Source: an uncultured Pseudomonadales bacterium
GTDB lineage: Bacteria > Patescibacteriota > Microgenomatia > UBA1400 > CAYXSR01
Direction of reading: 5' to 3'
Assembly: GCA_964430265.1 (NCBI GenBank)
Contig: CAYSEI010000003.1
Location: forward strand, 1,070 to 65,069
DNA: 64,000 bases
Shown here piece by piece: positions 49,511 through 59,580 of this stretch. Under the pieces are notes generated by a model. That model ran no database searches and was not told where the DNA came from. It worked only from the letters and a program-made list of their open reading frames with translations. A program made the position numbers and the translations under genes. The first letter of the stretch is position 1, and each line of letters opens with the position of its first letter.

Positions 49511-50473
49511 TTATAATTGATATTCAATTTTATTTTTGTCAAAAACATGAGTTGTATCTATTAAACGGATTTTATTGGAAACCGTATTCATCACTAAAGA
49601 ATTTGTCCTAGCACCACCACCAAAAAAACGCACGCCTTTTAATATATCCCCATCTGTTACTCCGGATGCACAAAATATTATGTTTTCACCTGAAGCTAGT
49701 TCCTCAGTTTTATAAACTTTTTCCGGATCTCCTCCCATTTTTTTTAACCTTTCTTCTTCCTCTTTATTTTTAGGCCAAAAACGGGCTTGAATTTCACCTT
49801 TAATACAGCGCAGTCCAGCTGCAGTGATCACTCCTTCCGGAGCAGCACCAATACCCATAACTGCGTGGATTCCTGAACCCCGCATTGCAGCAGCAATACC
49901 AGGCAATAAATCACCGTCTGGAATTAACTTAACCCGTGCTCCTGCTGCACGAATATCTTTAATAAGCTCTTCATGTCTATCCCTGTCCAAAACTACAACA
50001 ACTAAATCCTTAATATTCCTTTCAAGTGATTCCGCTAAAATTAACAGATTCTCCTTAACTGATGCATCAAGATTAACTTTTCCAGCAGCTTCAGGTCCAA
50101 CTATTAACTTTGCCATATACATATCTGGAGCATGAAAAAGTCCGCCTCTTTCTGCTGCTGCTAAAACCGCAATTGCGCGCGGACCTAAAGATGCAGTAGC
50201 ATTAGTATTTTCTAAAGGATCAACTGCAATATCAATTTCCTTTCCTTTTTTAGTCCCTAGCTCTTCACCAATAAAAAGCATTGGTGCTTCATCCTTCTCT
50301 CCTTCACCAATAACCACTTTTCCGTCAAATTCCACAGTATTAAAATACTTCCGCATTGCTTTAACAGCAGCTGCATCAGCACGATTTTTGTTGCCAAAAC
50401 CTGCAGCACGCGCTGCAGCAATTGCTGCTAATTCTGTTGAATGTGCCAATTGTAATGCAAGATCATTTTCCAT
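49511..50473 (-). CDS. glpX: Fructose-1,6-bisphosphatase class II
   Basis: ELAAIAAARAAG...IAVDPLENT...GIGAAPEGV. Characteristic of GlpX. Confidence 0.85.
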   Translation of the reverse strand: MENDLALQLAHSTELAAIAAARAAGFGNKNRADAAAVKAMRKYFNTVEFDGKVVIGEGEKDEAPMLFIGEELGTKKGKEIDIAVDPLENTNATASLGPRAIAVLAAAERGGLFHAPDMYMAKLIVGPEAAGKVNLDASVKENLLILAESLERNIKDLVVVVLDRDRHEELIKDIRAAGARVKLIPDGDLLPGIAAAMRGSGIHAVMGIGAAPEGVITAAGLRCIKGEIQARFWPKNKEEEERLKKMGGDPEKVYKTEELASGENIIFCASGVTDGDILKGVRFFGGGARTNSLVMNTVSNKIRLIDTTHVFDKNKIEYQL

Positions 50474-50572
50474 TTTTGTTCCCTTCTTTAATGATTATTC
50501 AATGCATATTTAATATGAATGTAATTTATGGTTTAAAAAAAAAGCGTTTACTTTTTTATAAGAGTTTTTTGA

Positions 50573-51535
50573 TCAGCAGCCACCTTGTGCAGCTTCTACT
50601 TCGCCTGCTCCTTCTAATGTTTCATTACAAGCTTCTGGTTTTTCACTAAAACCTGAGCAAATTGCGTTTTTAAAGTTTTCCGGACTTCTTTGACCTTGAT
50701 ATTTAACTCCGTTTATTAAAAGTGTTGGTGAACCAGTTACATTATATTCACTGTTTAAAGCAGTATCTTCTTCAGCATATGCCAAATAATTTTGTTCATA
50801 ACAGTTTTTAACTGAAGCTGTATTTACTCCAGCCTCTTGAGCAGCTGTTTCCCAACATGTTTCTACATCACTAGCTGTACAGTCAGTATTAACCTGGCTT
50901 ACAAAGTTCCAGAATTTATCGTTTTGGTTTTCATAAACACAACGTTCACGAATATTTTGCTTTAGCTCGTCAACTCCGTGCATAGAACAATATTTACTTT
51001 CTTCATCAATACAATATTCTTCTCCACCGCCTTGATAATTTTCGTACAAAACATAACGAGGCTTAATCTCTATTGCATCTCCAAGTAGCTCTGCAACCGG
51101 TTTCATAATGTCTTCTGCTTGATTTCCATAAGGACAAAATGATTGGGTAAACAATATAACTTCAGGATTTTCCTGCTGCGGGATTTCTTGTGGTTCAGTA
51201 TTTTGTGTATCTGCCTGTTGCTCCTGCTGTTCTTGTTCATTCATTGGGTAGGCACTGGGGAAAAATTGAGTAAGTTCTTTATTTACATAGGAGATTATTT
51301 CCTGTCCTTCAATATCAACTGTCAGTTTATATAGGCCTTCCTCTTCTTTAATTTCCTTTATTTCAAATTCTCTTTGTCCTTGAACCAGCTTTTCATCAAT
51401 AAACTTACTTGTGCTTTCTTTGGCTTGTGCAAGGCTTTTATCTTTATTTAAAGATATTTCTGTAAAACCCTTAGTATAAATTGAAGCTACTAATGCTGCT
51501 ACTAATGCTAATATCGGAAGAATCTTTTTTGCCAT
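50573..51535 (-). CDS. Secreted Cys-rich protein with a C-terminal DsbA-like thioredoxin-fold domain whose active site is degenerate (CPYG)
   Basis: Signal peptide. An acidic, Gln-rich linker. FTQSFCPYGNQ. A cis-Pro loop region (VTGSPTLLING). Ten further Cys. Confidence 0.4.
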   Translation of the reverse strand: MAKKILPILALVAALVASIYTKGFTEISLNKDKSLAQAKESTSKFIDEKLVQGQREFEIKEIKEEEGLYKLTVDIEGQEIISYVNKELTQFFPSAYPMNEQEQQEQQADTQNTEPQEIPQQENPEVILFTQSFCPYGNQAEDIMKPVAELLGDAIEIKPRYVLYENYQGGGEEYCIDEESKYCSMHGVDELKQNIRERCVYENQNDKFWNFVSQVNTDCTASDVETCWETAAQEAGVNTASVKNCYEQNYLAYAEEDTALNSEYNVTGSPTLLINGVKYQGQRSPENFKNAICSGFSEKPEACNETLEGAGEVEAAQGGC

Positions 51536-51621
51536 AACGAATTAAGTTTAGCATAACGATTTTTTTTTGCAAGTGCAGTTTTTTATTATTTATTAAAACT
51601 GGTATAATCGAATTTGTTTAA

Positions 51622-53868
51622 ATGAAATTCATAAAAAATCCCACTAATATCTTAAATAATTTGTTCCGGCGTTTGAAAAAAATACGCTTACGCTGGAAAA
51701 TTCTTTTAGGATTATTTTTCAGTATTATATTAATAGTCACTATTCTATTTTTAACTCTTTTAAAAGACCTTCCTTCTCCAACGACTTTAAAAAAACCCAA
51801 CTACCCGGTAGCAACTAAGCTTTTTGATCGTAACGGAAAGTTACTATATGAAATATATGCTGAACAAAAACGCACCCCGATTAAACTTGAAAATGTTCCG
51901 AAACACGTAATTCAAGCAAGTATTGCAATTGAAGACAAAAACTTTTATCGACATACAGGCTTGGATTTAACAGGAATCAGCAGAGCTTTTTTCAAAACAA
52001 TTTTTAAAAAAGACCTGCAAGGTGGATCAACTATTACTCAACAACTGGTTAAAAATGCACTTTTAAGTCCGGAAAGAACCTTACGCAGAAAAATACGCGA
52101 AGCACTTTTAGCATTTACAACTGAAGTTATATATTCTAAAGACCAAATCTTGGAAATGTATTTTAATTATGTACCTTATGGCGGCACTGCTTACGGAATT
52201 GAGGAGGCTTCCCAGCTTTATTTGAAAAAAAGTATTAAGGACGTAAATTTAGCAGAGGCCGCCTTTTTAGCCGGACTACCTGCTTCTCCATCACGCTATT
52301 CTCCTTTTGGCGCTAATCCAGAACTAGCAAAAAAAAGACAAAAACAGGTTTTAAAAAGAATGCTGGAAGAAAAATATATTTCTGAAGAAGAGATTAATAA
52401 AGCACTGGAATACAAGCTAACTTTTTCTCAACCCGAACAGGATATAAAAGCACCACATTTTGTAATGTATGTTAAAGATCTCTTAGTGGAAGAGTACGGT
52501 CAGAGGATGGTTGAACAAGGAGGACTGAGAGTTACCACTTCACTTGATTTGGATATTCAAGAATTTACCCAAGCTACAATTGCTAGCCAAGTAGCGGAAT
52601 TAGAAAACATGAGGGTTTCTAATGGAGCTGCTTTGGTAACCAAACCTCCCACAGGTGAAATTTTAGCAATGGTTGGTTCCCGTGACTATTTTAACGAAGA
52701 GATTGACGGAAATGTAAACCTTACTACTAGTTTACGTCAACCCGGTTCTTCAATTAAACCCATAAATTATGCAGTCGGACTTTTAAAGGGGTTTACTCCT
52801 GCAAATTTGTTTTTAGATATCCCAACGTGTTTTGCTGTTCCTGGACAACCATTATATTGTCCACGCAACTACGACGGAAGCTTCCACGGACCAGTACAAA
52901 TGCGCTTTGCTTTAGGAAGTTCGTATAATATACCTGCTGTAAAAATGCTGGCTATGAATGGAATCGATGCCATGATGGCTACCGCCTCTGCAATGGGTAT
53001 TTCCACCTGGAATGAACCCAGCAGATACGGCTTATCACTAACCCTCGGCGGAGGAGAAGTTAAAATGACTGAAATGGCTACTGCTTTTGGGGTTTTTGCT
53101 AACCAAGGAAAAAAAATTGAACTAAACCCGATTTTAAAGGTTTCCACTTATGAAGGAAAGCTTTTACAAGAACAAGATTTTGAGAAACATCCTCCGTCAG
53201 GAGAAAAAGTTTTACCTCCGGAAGTAACTTATTTAACCTCCCATATGCTTTTAGACAATAATGCACGAACACCTGCTTTTGGAGCTAACTCGGAATTAGT
53301 AATTCCCAATCATTCAGTATCTGTAAAAACCGGAACTACTGATGATTTAAAAGACAACTGGACAATCGGCTACACCCCTTCTTATCTTACTGCCACCTGG
53401 GTGGGGAACAATGACAGCTCGCCAATGCATCCTTATCTAGTCTCCGGTGTCACCGGTGCAGCCCCTATCTGGAATGACATCATGAGTTATGTTTTAAAAG
53501 ATCAACCTGATGAATGGCCAAAAAAACCGGAAAACATTATTGGCAGAAACGTCTGCACTTCCGCTGCCAACGAAGGAGAAAAATGCAATGGACGATTTGA
53601 ATATTTTATTAAAGGCACTGAAGACAACATGTTAAACGGAGAAATGGAAAAAAAAGAGATTTGGATTGACAAAACCACCAATCTACCTCCAGAACCCGGA
53701 CAAACAGAAAACCTTGAATTAAGAGAACACTTTGTAGTTTCCGACTATTTTGTTAAAGATTACTGTGTTTCCTGTCCACAGGAGGATAAGGAGCCGGTAA
53801 TAATTAATTATCCTTTTACAAAACCAACACAAGCATCTCAGCCGGTCAAAGAATCAAATAACAATTAA
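51622..53868 (+). CDS. Class A penicillin-binding protein (bifunctional GT51 transglycosylase / transpeptidase)
   Basis: GT51 motifs IAIEDKNFYRHTGLD and GGSTITQQLVKN. Transpeptidase motifs SxxK (RQPGSSIKP), SxN and KTG (KTGTTDD). Confidence 0.85.
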   Translation: MKFIKNPTNILNNLFRRLKKIRLRWKILLGLFFSIILIVTILFLTLLKDLPSPTTLKKPNYPVATKLFDRNGKLLYEIYAEQKRTPIKLENVPKHVIQASIAIEDKNFYRHTGLDLTGISRAFFKTIFKKDLQGGSTITQQLVKNALLSPERTLRRKIREALLAFTTEVIYSKDQILEMYFNYVPYGGTAYGIEEASQLYLKKSIKDVNLAEAAFLAGLPASPSRYSPFGANPELAKKRQKQVLKRMLEEKYISEEEINKALEYKLTFSQPEQDIKAPHFVMYVKDLLVEEYGQRMVEQGGLRVTTSLDLDIQEFTQATIASQVAELENMRVSNGAALVTKPPTGEILAMVGSRDYFNEEIDGNVNLTTSLRQPGSSIKPINYAVGLLKGFTPANLFLDIPTCFAVPGQPLYCPRNYDGSFHGPVQMRFALGSSYNIPAVKMLAMNGIDAMMATASAMGISTWNEPSRYGLSLTLGGGEVKMTEMATAFGVFANQGKKIELNPILKVSTYEGKLLQEQDFEKHPPSGEKVLPPEVTYLTSHMLLDNNARTPAFGANSELVIPNHSVSVKTGTTDDLKDNWTIGYTPSYLTATWVGNNDSSPMHPYLVSGVTGAAPIWNDIMSYVLKDQPDEWPKKPENIIGRNVCTSAANEGEKCNGRFEYFIKGTEDNMLNGEMEKKEIWIDKTTNLPPEPGQTENLELREHFVVSDYFVKDYCVSCPQEDKEPVIINYPFTKPTQASQPVKESNNN

Positions 53869-53933
53869 TCTACTTTAGATATTTAAATTTTTTCCTCTTT
53901 TAAATATTTTTTTCTCCTGTTAAAATATATTTA

Positions 53934-56297
53934 ATGGAGCAAAAATGGACAGGTTATTTAACCAACCTATTAAACCAGCTATTTAAAGCAATTTTTTTCA
54001 TTCTTCAAATTATCGGACGTTTAACATATAAGTCCTTTTTCCACTTTATCTATTTAAATTACCTTTTATTGTCCTTAATTTTTGTTTCCATAAAAAAAAT
54101 CTACAAAGAAACAACTTCTTTTTTCAAAAATACTAAAACTTTTATCAGAAGCATTGAAAAAAGAATAAAAGAAATTAAATTCCCTAAAATTAAAAAGCCG
54201 AACCTAAAAATACCCAAACTAGAAGTAGTTCTACCCAAAATCAATATCCCAAAACTTCAACTGCCAAAACTTAAAATTACTTTTTTAAAGTTAAATATTT
54301 TAATTATCCTTTTTTTGTCTGCTTTTGGTTCCTTTTTTTACTTTTACATTTTAAAAGGCCTTCCCAACCCACAAAGACTTTCAACCCGGAAACAAATTCT
54401 CTCAACCAAAATATATGACCGAAACAATAAGCTATTGTATACGGTTTTTGACGGCAATCATAATCGCTCCTTAGTAAAATTGGAAGATATTCCTCAAGAT
54501 GTAATTAATGCAACCATTACTATTGAAGACAATAATTTCTATAACCATCCCGGCTTTTCCCCGCGGGCAATTGTACGTGCAGCTTGGAATAACAGCCACG
54601 AAAAAGATCATTTACAAGGCGGCTCCACTATTACTCAGCAACTGGTTAAGAACGCTTTTCTAAGTCCAGAACAAACTTTTAAAAGGAAAATTAAAGAACT
54701 AGTTCTTAGTATACAGGTTGATCTTTTGTACAACAAAGATGAAATTTTGGAAATGTATTTTAATGAGGTCCCTTATGGTGGAACCGCCTATGGTATTGAA
54801 GAAGCTGCACAACTGTACCTGGACAAAAGCATCACAGATGTTAATTTAGCAGAAGCAGCTTTATTAGCCGGTTTACCTGCAGCTCCAACACATTTTTCAC
54901 CTTTTGGAGCCAATCCTCAACTGGCTGCCGTCAGACAAAGGACAGTACTTAATAAAATGTTAGAGCATAAATATATTACACGACAAGAATATGAAAATGC
55001 TAAAAAACAAAAAATTAAACTTGCCTCACAAAGAAGTGATATTAAAGCCCCGCACTTTGTAATGTATGTTAAAGACCAGCTTGTTAAAAAATACGGACAA
55101 AGAATGGTTGAGCAAGGAGGCTTAAAAGTTACCACTTCTTTAGACTTGGATGTTCAAGAATTTGCCCAAGCAGTAGTAGCTTCTGAAGTCGCTAAATTAA
55201 AACAAATGAATGTCAGCAACGGCGCCTCAATAGTTACCAATCCTAAAACAGGAGAAATACTGGCCATGGTCGGTTCCCGTAACTATTTTGACAAACAAAT
55301 TGACGGCAATGTGAACTTAACCACAAGTCAACGCCAGCCCGGAAGTGCAATAAAACCAGTCAATTATGCAGTTGCTTTGGAAAACGGATTTAATCCCGCA
55401 ACAAGAATTTCTGACACTCCAATAACTTATCACATTCCCGGTTCTGAGCCTTATTCACCGGTTAACTATGACCATAAATTCCACGGACCTGTCTCCTTGC
55501 GTACAGCTTTAGGAAGTTCATATAATGTACCAGCTGTAAAAACTTTATCCATTTTTGGCGTAGATAAAATGATTGATATGGGAGAAAAAATGGGTATAAC
55601 AACTTGGAAAGACCGTTCACGCTTTGGCCTTTCATTAACCCTAGGTGGCGGAGAAGTTAAAATGACTGATATGGCTGTAGTTTACGGAACCTTGGCAAAT
55701 CAAGGAAAAAAAATTGACCTTCACCCTATTTTGGAAGTTAAAAATAACCAGGGAAAAACATTGGAAAAAACAAATATTATGAATCTCGAGAAAAAAAGCG
55801 TTCTTGATCCCGGAGTGGCTTATCTTTTAAACAATATTTTATCAGACAATCAAGCTAGAAGCCCTGCATTTGGTCCGTCCAGTTATTTGGTAATTCCCAA
55901 ACATGAAGTAGCCGTTAAAACCGGAACCACCAATGACAAAAGAGACAACTGGACAATTGGCTATACAGAAAATGCATTAGTTGCTGTTTGGGTGGGTAAT
56001 AATGACAATTCACCAATGAGTGCTGTTGCTTCCGGTGTTACCGGCGCCTCCCCAATCTGGCATAAAACAATCAAAAAATTGTTAAAAGAAACCCCTTCTC
56101 ATCAATTTACAGTTCCCAATAATGTTAAAAAAATTAAAGTTTGTGCATATAATGGATTACTACCTTGTGAAGGCTGCCCGACAATCAACGAATACTATTT
56201 AGAACAAAACATCCCAAAATACCATTGCAGCAGCGAAAAAATCAAAGAAGCAAAAAAAGAAAATCCTATTTTGGAAGGAATTTCTACTCGCCGATAA
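53934..56297 (+). CDS. Class A penicillin-binding protein, second paralog
   Basis: ITIEDNNFYNHPGFS, GGSTITQQLVKN, RQPGSAIKP, KTGTTND. Long Lys-rich N-terminal cytoplasmic and TM region. Confidence 0.85.
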   Translation: MEQKWTGYLTNLLNQLFKAIFFILQIIGRLTYKSFFHFIYLNYLLLSLIFVSIKKIYKETTSFFKNTKTFIRSIEKRIKEIKFPKIKKPNLKIPKLEVVLPKINIPKLQLPKLKITFLKLNILIILFLSAFGSFFYFYILKGLPNPQRLSTRKQILSTKIYDRNNKLLYTVFDGNHNRSLVKLEDIPQDVINATITIEDNNFYNHPGFSPRAIVRAAWNNSHEKDHLQGGSTITQQLVKNAFLSPEQTFKRKIKELVLSIQVDLLYNKDEILEMYFNEVPYGGTAYGIEEAAQLYLDKSITDVNLAEAALLAGLPAAPTHFSPFGANPQLAAVRQRTVLNKMLEHKYITRQEYENAKKQKIKLASQRSDIKAPHFVMYVKDQLVKKYGQRMVEQGGLKVTTSLDLDVQEFAQAVVASEVAKLKQMNVSNGASIVTNPKTGEILAMVGSRNYFDKQIDGNVNLTTSQRQPGSAIKPVNYAVALENGFNPATRISDTPITYHIPGSEPYSPVNYDHKFHGPVSLRTALGSSYNVPAVKTLSIFGVDKMIDMGEKMGITTWKDRSRFGLSLTLGGGEVKMTDMAVVYGTLANQGKKIDLHPILEVKNNQGKTLEKTNIMNLEKKSVLDPGVAYLLNNILSDNQARSPAFGPSSYLVIPKHEVAVKTGTTNDKRDNWTIGYTENALVAVWVGNNDNSPMSAVASGVTGASPIWHKTIKKLLKETPSHQFTVPNNVKKIKVCAYNGLLPCEGCPTINEYYLEQNIPKYHCSSEKIKEAKKENPILEGISTRR

Positions 56298-56357
56298 GTA
56301 TGTTAATATTAATTTAACAACAAATTTTTGATTTTATATCAAAAAAAGGAGGTTTTT

Positions 56358-57119
56358 ATGTTTAATTTAAAAGGTAAAAAAGCCCTGGTTACGGGTGCTT
56401 CCCGCGGAATCGGGAAAGGCATTGCCCTGGCTTTAGCAGAACAAGGTGCAGATGTAGTTGTTAATTATCATTCCAGTGAAAATGAAGCAAATCAAGTAGT
56501 TGAAGAAATTAGAAAAATGGGGTGTGAAGCTTTTGCTATACAAGCAGATGTTTCTCATAAAGAAGATGTTGATGCTATGTTTAGTAAAATAAAACAAGAA
56601 TGGGGTGGATTAGATATACTGGTAAACAATGCAGGGATTGTTAATTTTAAACCTTTTGAACAAATGACTGAAAAAGACTGGGATCAGGTAATGGATGTCA
56701 ATCTTAAGGGACAATTTTTGTGTGCAAAAGCATCTATTCCCTTGCTAAAAGATTCTGATAAAGGAAGAATTATTAATTTGGCATCAATTGCTTCCGGCGG
56801 AGTTGGTGTTGGTTTTTTAAATCTGGCTCATTATTGTGCATCAAAAGGAGGAGTAGTTGCTTTTACTGAAGAACTAGCTCTAGAATTGGGTCCAGATATT
56901 ACAGTTAATGCTATTGCTCCTGGAGTAATTGATACTGACATGGTCGACAACATAAAAAATGACCCGGCAACTCTAAAGGGCATCCTTGCTAGAGTTCCTA
57001 AAAATAGACTGGGAACTCCAAAAGAAATTGGTGCTATGGCTGCTTTTTTAGCATCAGATGAAGCAGATTACTGTACAGGAGCTGCTTTTTACGTTGACGG
57101 AGGCTGGTTGGCAAGCTGA
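56358..57119 (+). CDS. SDR-family oxidoreductase (FabG-like 3-oxoacyl reductase)
   Basis: TGASRGIGKGIA glycine loop, NNAG, and a YxxxK catalytic pair (YCASK). Strong RBS AAGGAGG before ATG 56358. Confidence 0.8.
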   Translation: MFNLKGKKALVTGASRGIGKGIALALAEQGADVVVNYHSSENEANQVVEEIRKMGCEAFAIQADVSHKEDVDAMFSKIKQEWGGLDILVNNAGIVNFKPFEQMTEKDWDQVMDVNLKGQFLCAKASIPLLKDSDKGRIINLASIASGGVGVGFLNLAHYCASKGGVVAFTEELALELGPDITVNAIAPGVIDTDMVDNIKNDPATLKGILARVPKNRLGTPKEIGAMAAFLASDEADYCTGAAFYVDGGWLAS

Positions 57120-57125
57120 AGATAG

Positions 57126-57704
57126 CTAATTTTCTAGCTTTTTGAGCTTTTTCCACCAAACATTAATAAAATCATTCTCTTGAACGATTAAGTTCAATAA
57201 TTGTTTGGCAGAATCTGTATTTAATGCTTTTTTGACGTTTTTAATCCATTGTATCTGACCTTGATAACCTCTTTCCAAATATTCCTTGGCAGTAATTGCT
57301 GCTTCCAGCCAATCAGCGTCTTTGGCAACAATTGCTTCTTTTGTTTTTCTCCGGTTAAATTCATTAAAAAGTTGCGTAATCCTTTGCGATAGTTTATCAG
57401 GTAGGTTTTTAACCTGCTCCTTAAACGCTTTTTCTTCTGCTTTTTCAATATTAAAATATCTTTTTGCTACCTTGTGTTGGTCTCCAACACGTATTTCACC
57501 ATTGTCGTGAAAAAGAATCATTGCTGCTGTTTTTTCCGGGTCTGCCCCTTCCAAAAAAGCCAGAATATATCCGATTTGTGCTGCTCTATAAACATGCTCT
57601 GCAACATTTTCCGAATTTTTTACACCAGAAACTTTAGGACCCGAACGCTGCAGCCTCCGGCTAACACCTAGCTCTGATAAGAATTTAACAATGTTTTTGC
57701 TCAT
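57126..57704 (-). CDS. HD-domain phosphohydrolase (YfbR-like 5'-nucleotidase family)
   Basis: H...HD...D metal-ligand pattern (AEHVYRAA...LFHDNGEIRVGD). Confidence 0.6.
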   Translation of the reverse strand: MSKNIVKFLSELGVSRRLQRSGPKVSGVKNSENVAEHVYRAAQIGYILAFLEGADPEKTAAMILFHDNGEIRVGDQHKVAKRYFNIEKAEEKAFKEQVKNLPDKLSQRITQLFNEFNRRKTKEAIVAKDADWLEAAITAKEYLERGYQGQIQWIKNVKKALNTDSAKQLLNLIVQENDFINVWWKKLKKLEN

Positions 57705-57790
57705 AATGTGTCAATTATAGCAGATATTTATACTTGACAATCTATTTGAAAAGTTTAAAATATAGATAGTTAGAAAGTTGGAAAATTAAA

Positions 57791-58054
57791 ATGCGTGCAG
57801 ATCAAACAGTTCAAGTTGATTGGCTTAAGGTCTTAAATAAGGGCCTAATAACTATTCCTAAAAAATGGCGGGAAAACCTTGGAATTAAACCAGGAGAAAT
57901 AATTAAGGCTGAAAAAAAAGATAACCAAATAGTGCTCAAGCCTAGAAAAATTTCCGCTCCCTATCGAATCTACAGCCAGAAAGAACTTAATGAATTTGTT
58001 GTAAAAGATCAGCTTCCGAAAGACTTAAAAAAGAAGTTAGATAACAATGCATAA
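57791..58054 (+). CDS. AbrB/MazE/SpoVT-type antitoxin
   Basis: Swapped-hairpin motif GLITIPKKWRENLGIKPGE. 87 aa. Overlaps the downstream PIN gene by 8 nt. Confidence 0.65.
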   Translation: MRADQTVQVDWLKVLNKGLITIPKKWRENLGIKPGEIIKAEKKDNQIVLKPRKISAPYRIYSQKELNEFVVKDQLPKDLKKKLDNNA

Positions 58055-58475
58055 GATTTTTTTTGATGCCTCAGTAATTTTTTCTGCTTTATATTCAAAA
58101 ACCGGCGGTTCACGCTACATTTTTAAATTAAGCAAAAAAGGCAATATACAAGCTGCAACAAGTGAAACTGTTATTCAAGAAGTAGAAAAAAACTTAAAAA
58201 AGCTTGACCAATTCAACAAAGATAATTTTCAGAACTTTCTTTTAAAATATCCGCTTATAATACGAGAAACTATTACAAAAAAAGAAATAAAGCCCTATTT
58301 AAACAAGGTTTATAAAAAAGACGCCCACGTTATTGCCGGAACAATTCTACTTAAATGTAAGTTTTTAATAACCCTAGATAAAAAACACCTTAATAATCCA
58401 AGAATCAAGAAAAAATTCAAAGAAATAGAAATTACATCTCCCAGAGATTTCCTGCAAAATATACTAGTTAAATAA
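58047..58475 (+). CDS. PIN-domain toxin (VapC-like)
   Basis: N-terminal FFDASVIFSAL acidic motif. Size and position 3' of the AbrB-like gene. Confidence 0.55.
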   Translation: MHKIFFDASVIFSALYSKTGGSRYIFKLSKKGNIQAATSETVIQEVEKNLKKLDQFNKDNFQNFLLKYPLIIRETITKKEIKPYLNKVYKKDAHVIAGTILLKCKFLITLDKKHLNNPRIKKKFKEIEITSPRDFLQNILVK

Positions 58476-58487
58476 TCATCGCTTGCT

Positions 58488-59051
58488 TTATATCTTCCCC
58501 ACCAATTCTTCACCTGGTTTTAGTGTTTTTTCACCTGGCTTCCAGTTTGCCGGACAAGCTTGGTCTCCGTGTTCAGCAACATATTTAGCAGCCTGCAGTT
58601 TTCTAAGAATTTCTTTACTGCTCCTGCCTATACTATTGTCATGCTTTTCAATTGATTTAAGTTTTCCTTCCGGGTCAATAATAAATGTTGCACGTAGAGA
58701 AACTCCCTCTTTATCAATATATGTGCCAAAAGCACGTGATATCATTCCTGTCGGATCTGCACCCATTGGATATTTGACTTTACCCACTGCTTTTGACTGC
58801 TCGTGCCAAGCTAAATGTACGTATGCTGTATCAGTGCTAAAACTGATTATTTCTGCATCAGAATCCTTGAACTTGTCATAGTTTTTTGCTGCATCCTCTA
58901 ATTCAGTTGGACAAACAAAAGTAAAGTCAGCCGGATAAAATAAAAGCACCAGCCATTTGCCGCTAAAATCAGACAGCTTTTTTTTGCTAATTTTTCCTTT
59001 GTAAAAAACCTCAAATTCAAAATCCGGAATCTTTTCATTTATTTTTACCAT
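58488..59051 (-). CDS. Typical 2-Cys peroxiredoxin (AhpC/TSA family)
   Basis: FTFVCPTE peroxidatic Cys. C-terminal resolving Cys in ACPANW. Confidence 0.9.
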   Translation of the reverse strand: MVKINEKIPDFEFEVFYKGKISKKKLSDFSGKWLVLLFYPADFTFVCPTELEDAAKNYDKFKDSDAEIISFSTDTAYVHLAWHEQSKAVGKVKYPMGADPTGMISRAFGTYIDKEGVSLRATFIIDPEGKLKSIEKHDNSIGRSSKEILRKLQAAKYVAEHGDQACPANWKPGEKTLKPGEELVGKI

Positions 59052-59065
59052 TTTTTACCTCCCCT

Positions 59066-59569
59066 TTAGTATTGATTTAAATGTATTTTTTCTTTTTCAA
59101 AGTCAGCTTCGGAATGCTCTGGCTTTTCATTGTCCGGATAACCAATCGGCATTAAACACAGTACCCGAACATTTTCTGGAATGCTTAGTGTTTGCCTAAC
59201 GTGTTGTTCGTGTTTTGTTGTGTCATTATGCCTTACTTGTATAAAACAGGTTCCTAATTCTTGGTTGGTTGCTTCCAAGTAAATGTTTTCACTTGCAATA
59301 CTGCAGTCTTCTATCCAATTATGATGCTTTTTACTTGAAGCAATTACTATAATTACTGGTGCATGTTCAGCAAAACTTGCCCAGGAAGTTGTTTGTGAAA
59401 GCTTGTCTTTTAGTTTTTTATCTTTAACAACAATAAATTCCCAAGGCCGGCAGTGGTTTGAAGAAGGCGCAAACTGAGCTGCTTTTAAAACCTTTTCTAG
59501 TTTTTCCTCTTCTATTTCTTGATGCTTGTAATTACGATAACTGCGTCTTTTTTTAATTGCATCCAACAT
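59066..59569 (-). CDS. Nitroreductase-family protein
   Basis: N-terminal RRSYRNY FMN-binding motif. 167 aa. Confidence 0.75.
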   Translation of the reverse strand: MLDAIKKRRSYRNYKHQEIEEEKLEKVLKAAQFAPSSNHCRPWEFIVVKDKKLKDKLSQTTSWASFAEHAPVIIVIASSKKHHNWIEDCSIASENIYLEATNQELGTCFIQVRHNDTTKHEQHVRQTLSIPENVRVLCLMPIGYPDNEKPEHSEADFEKEKIHLNQY

Positions 59570-59580
59570 AAATACCTCCT

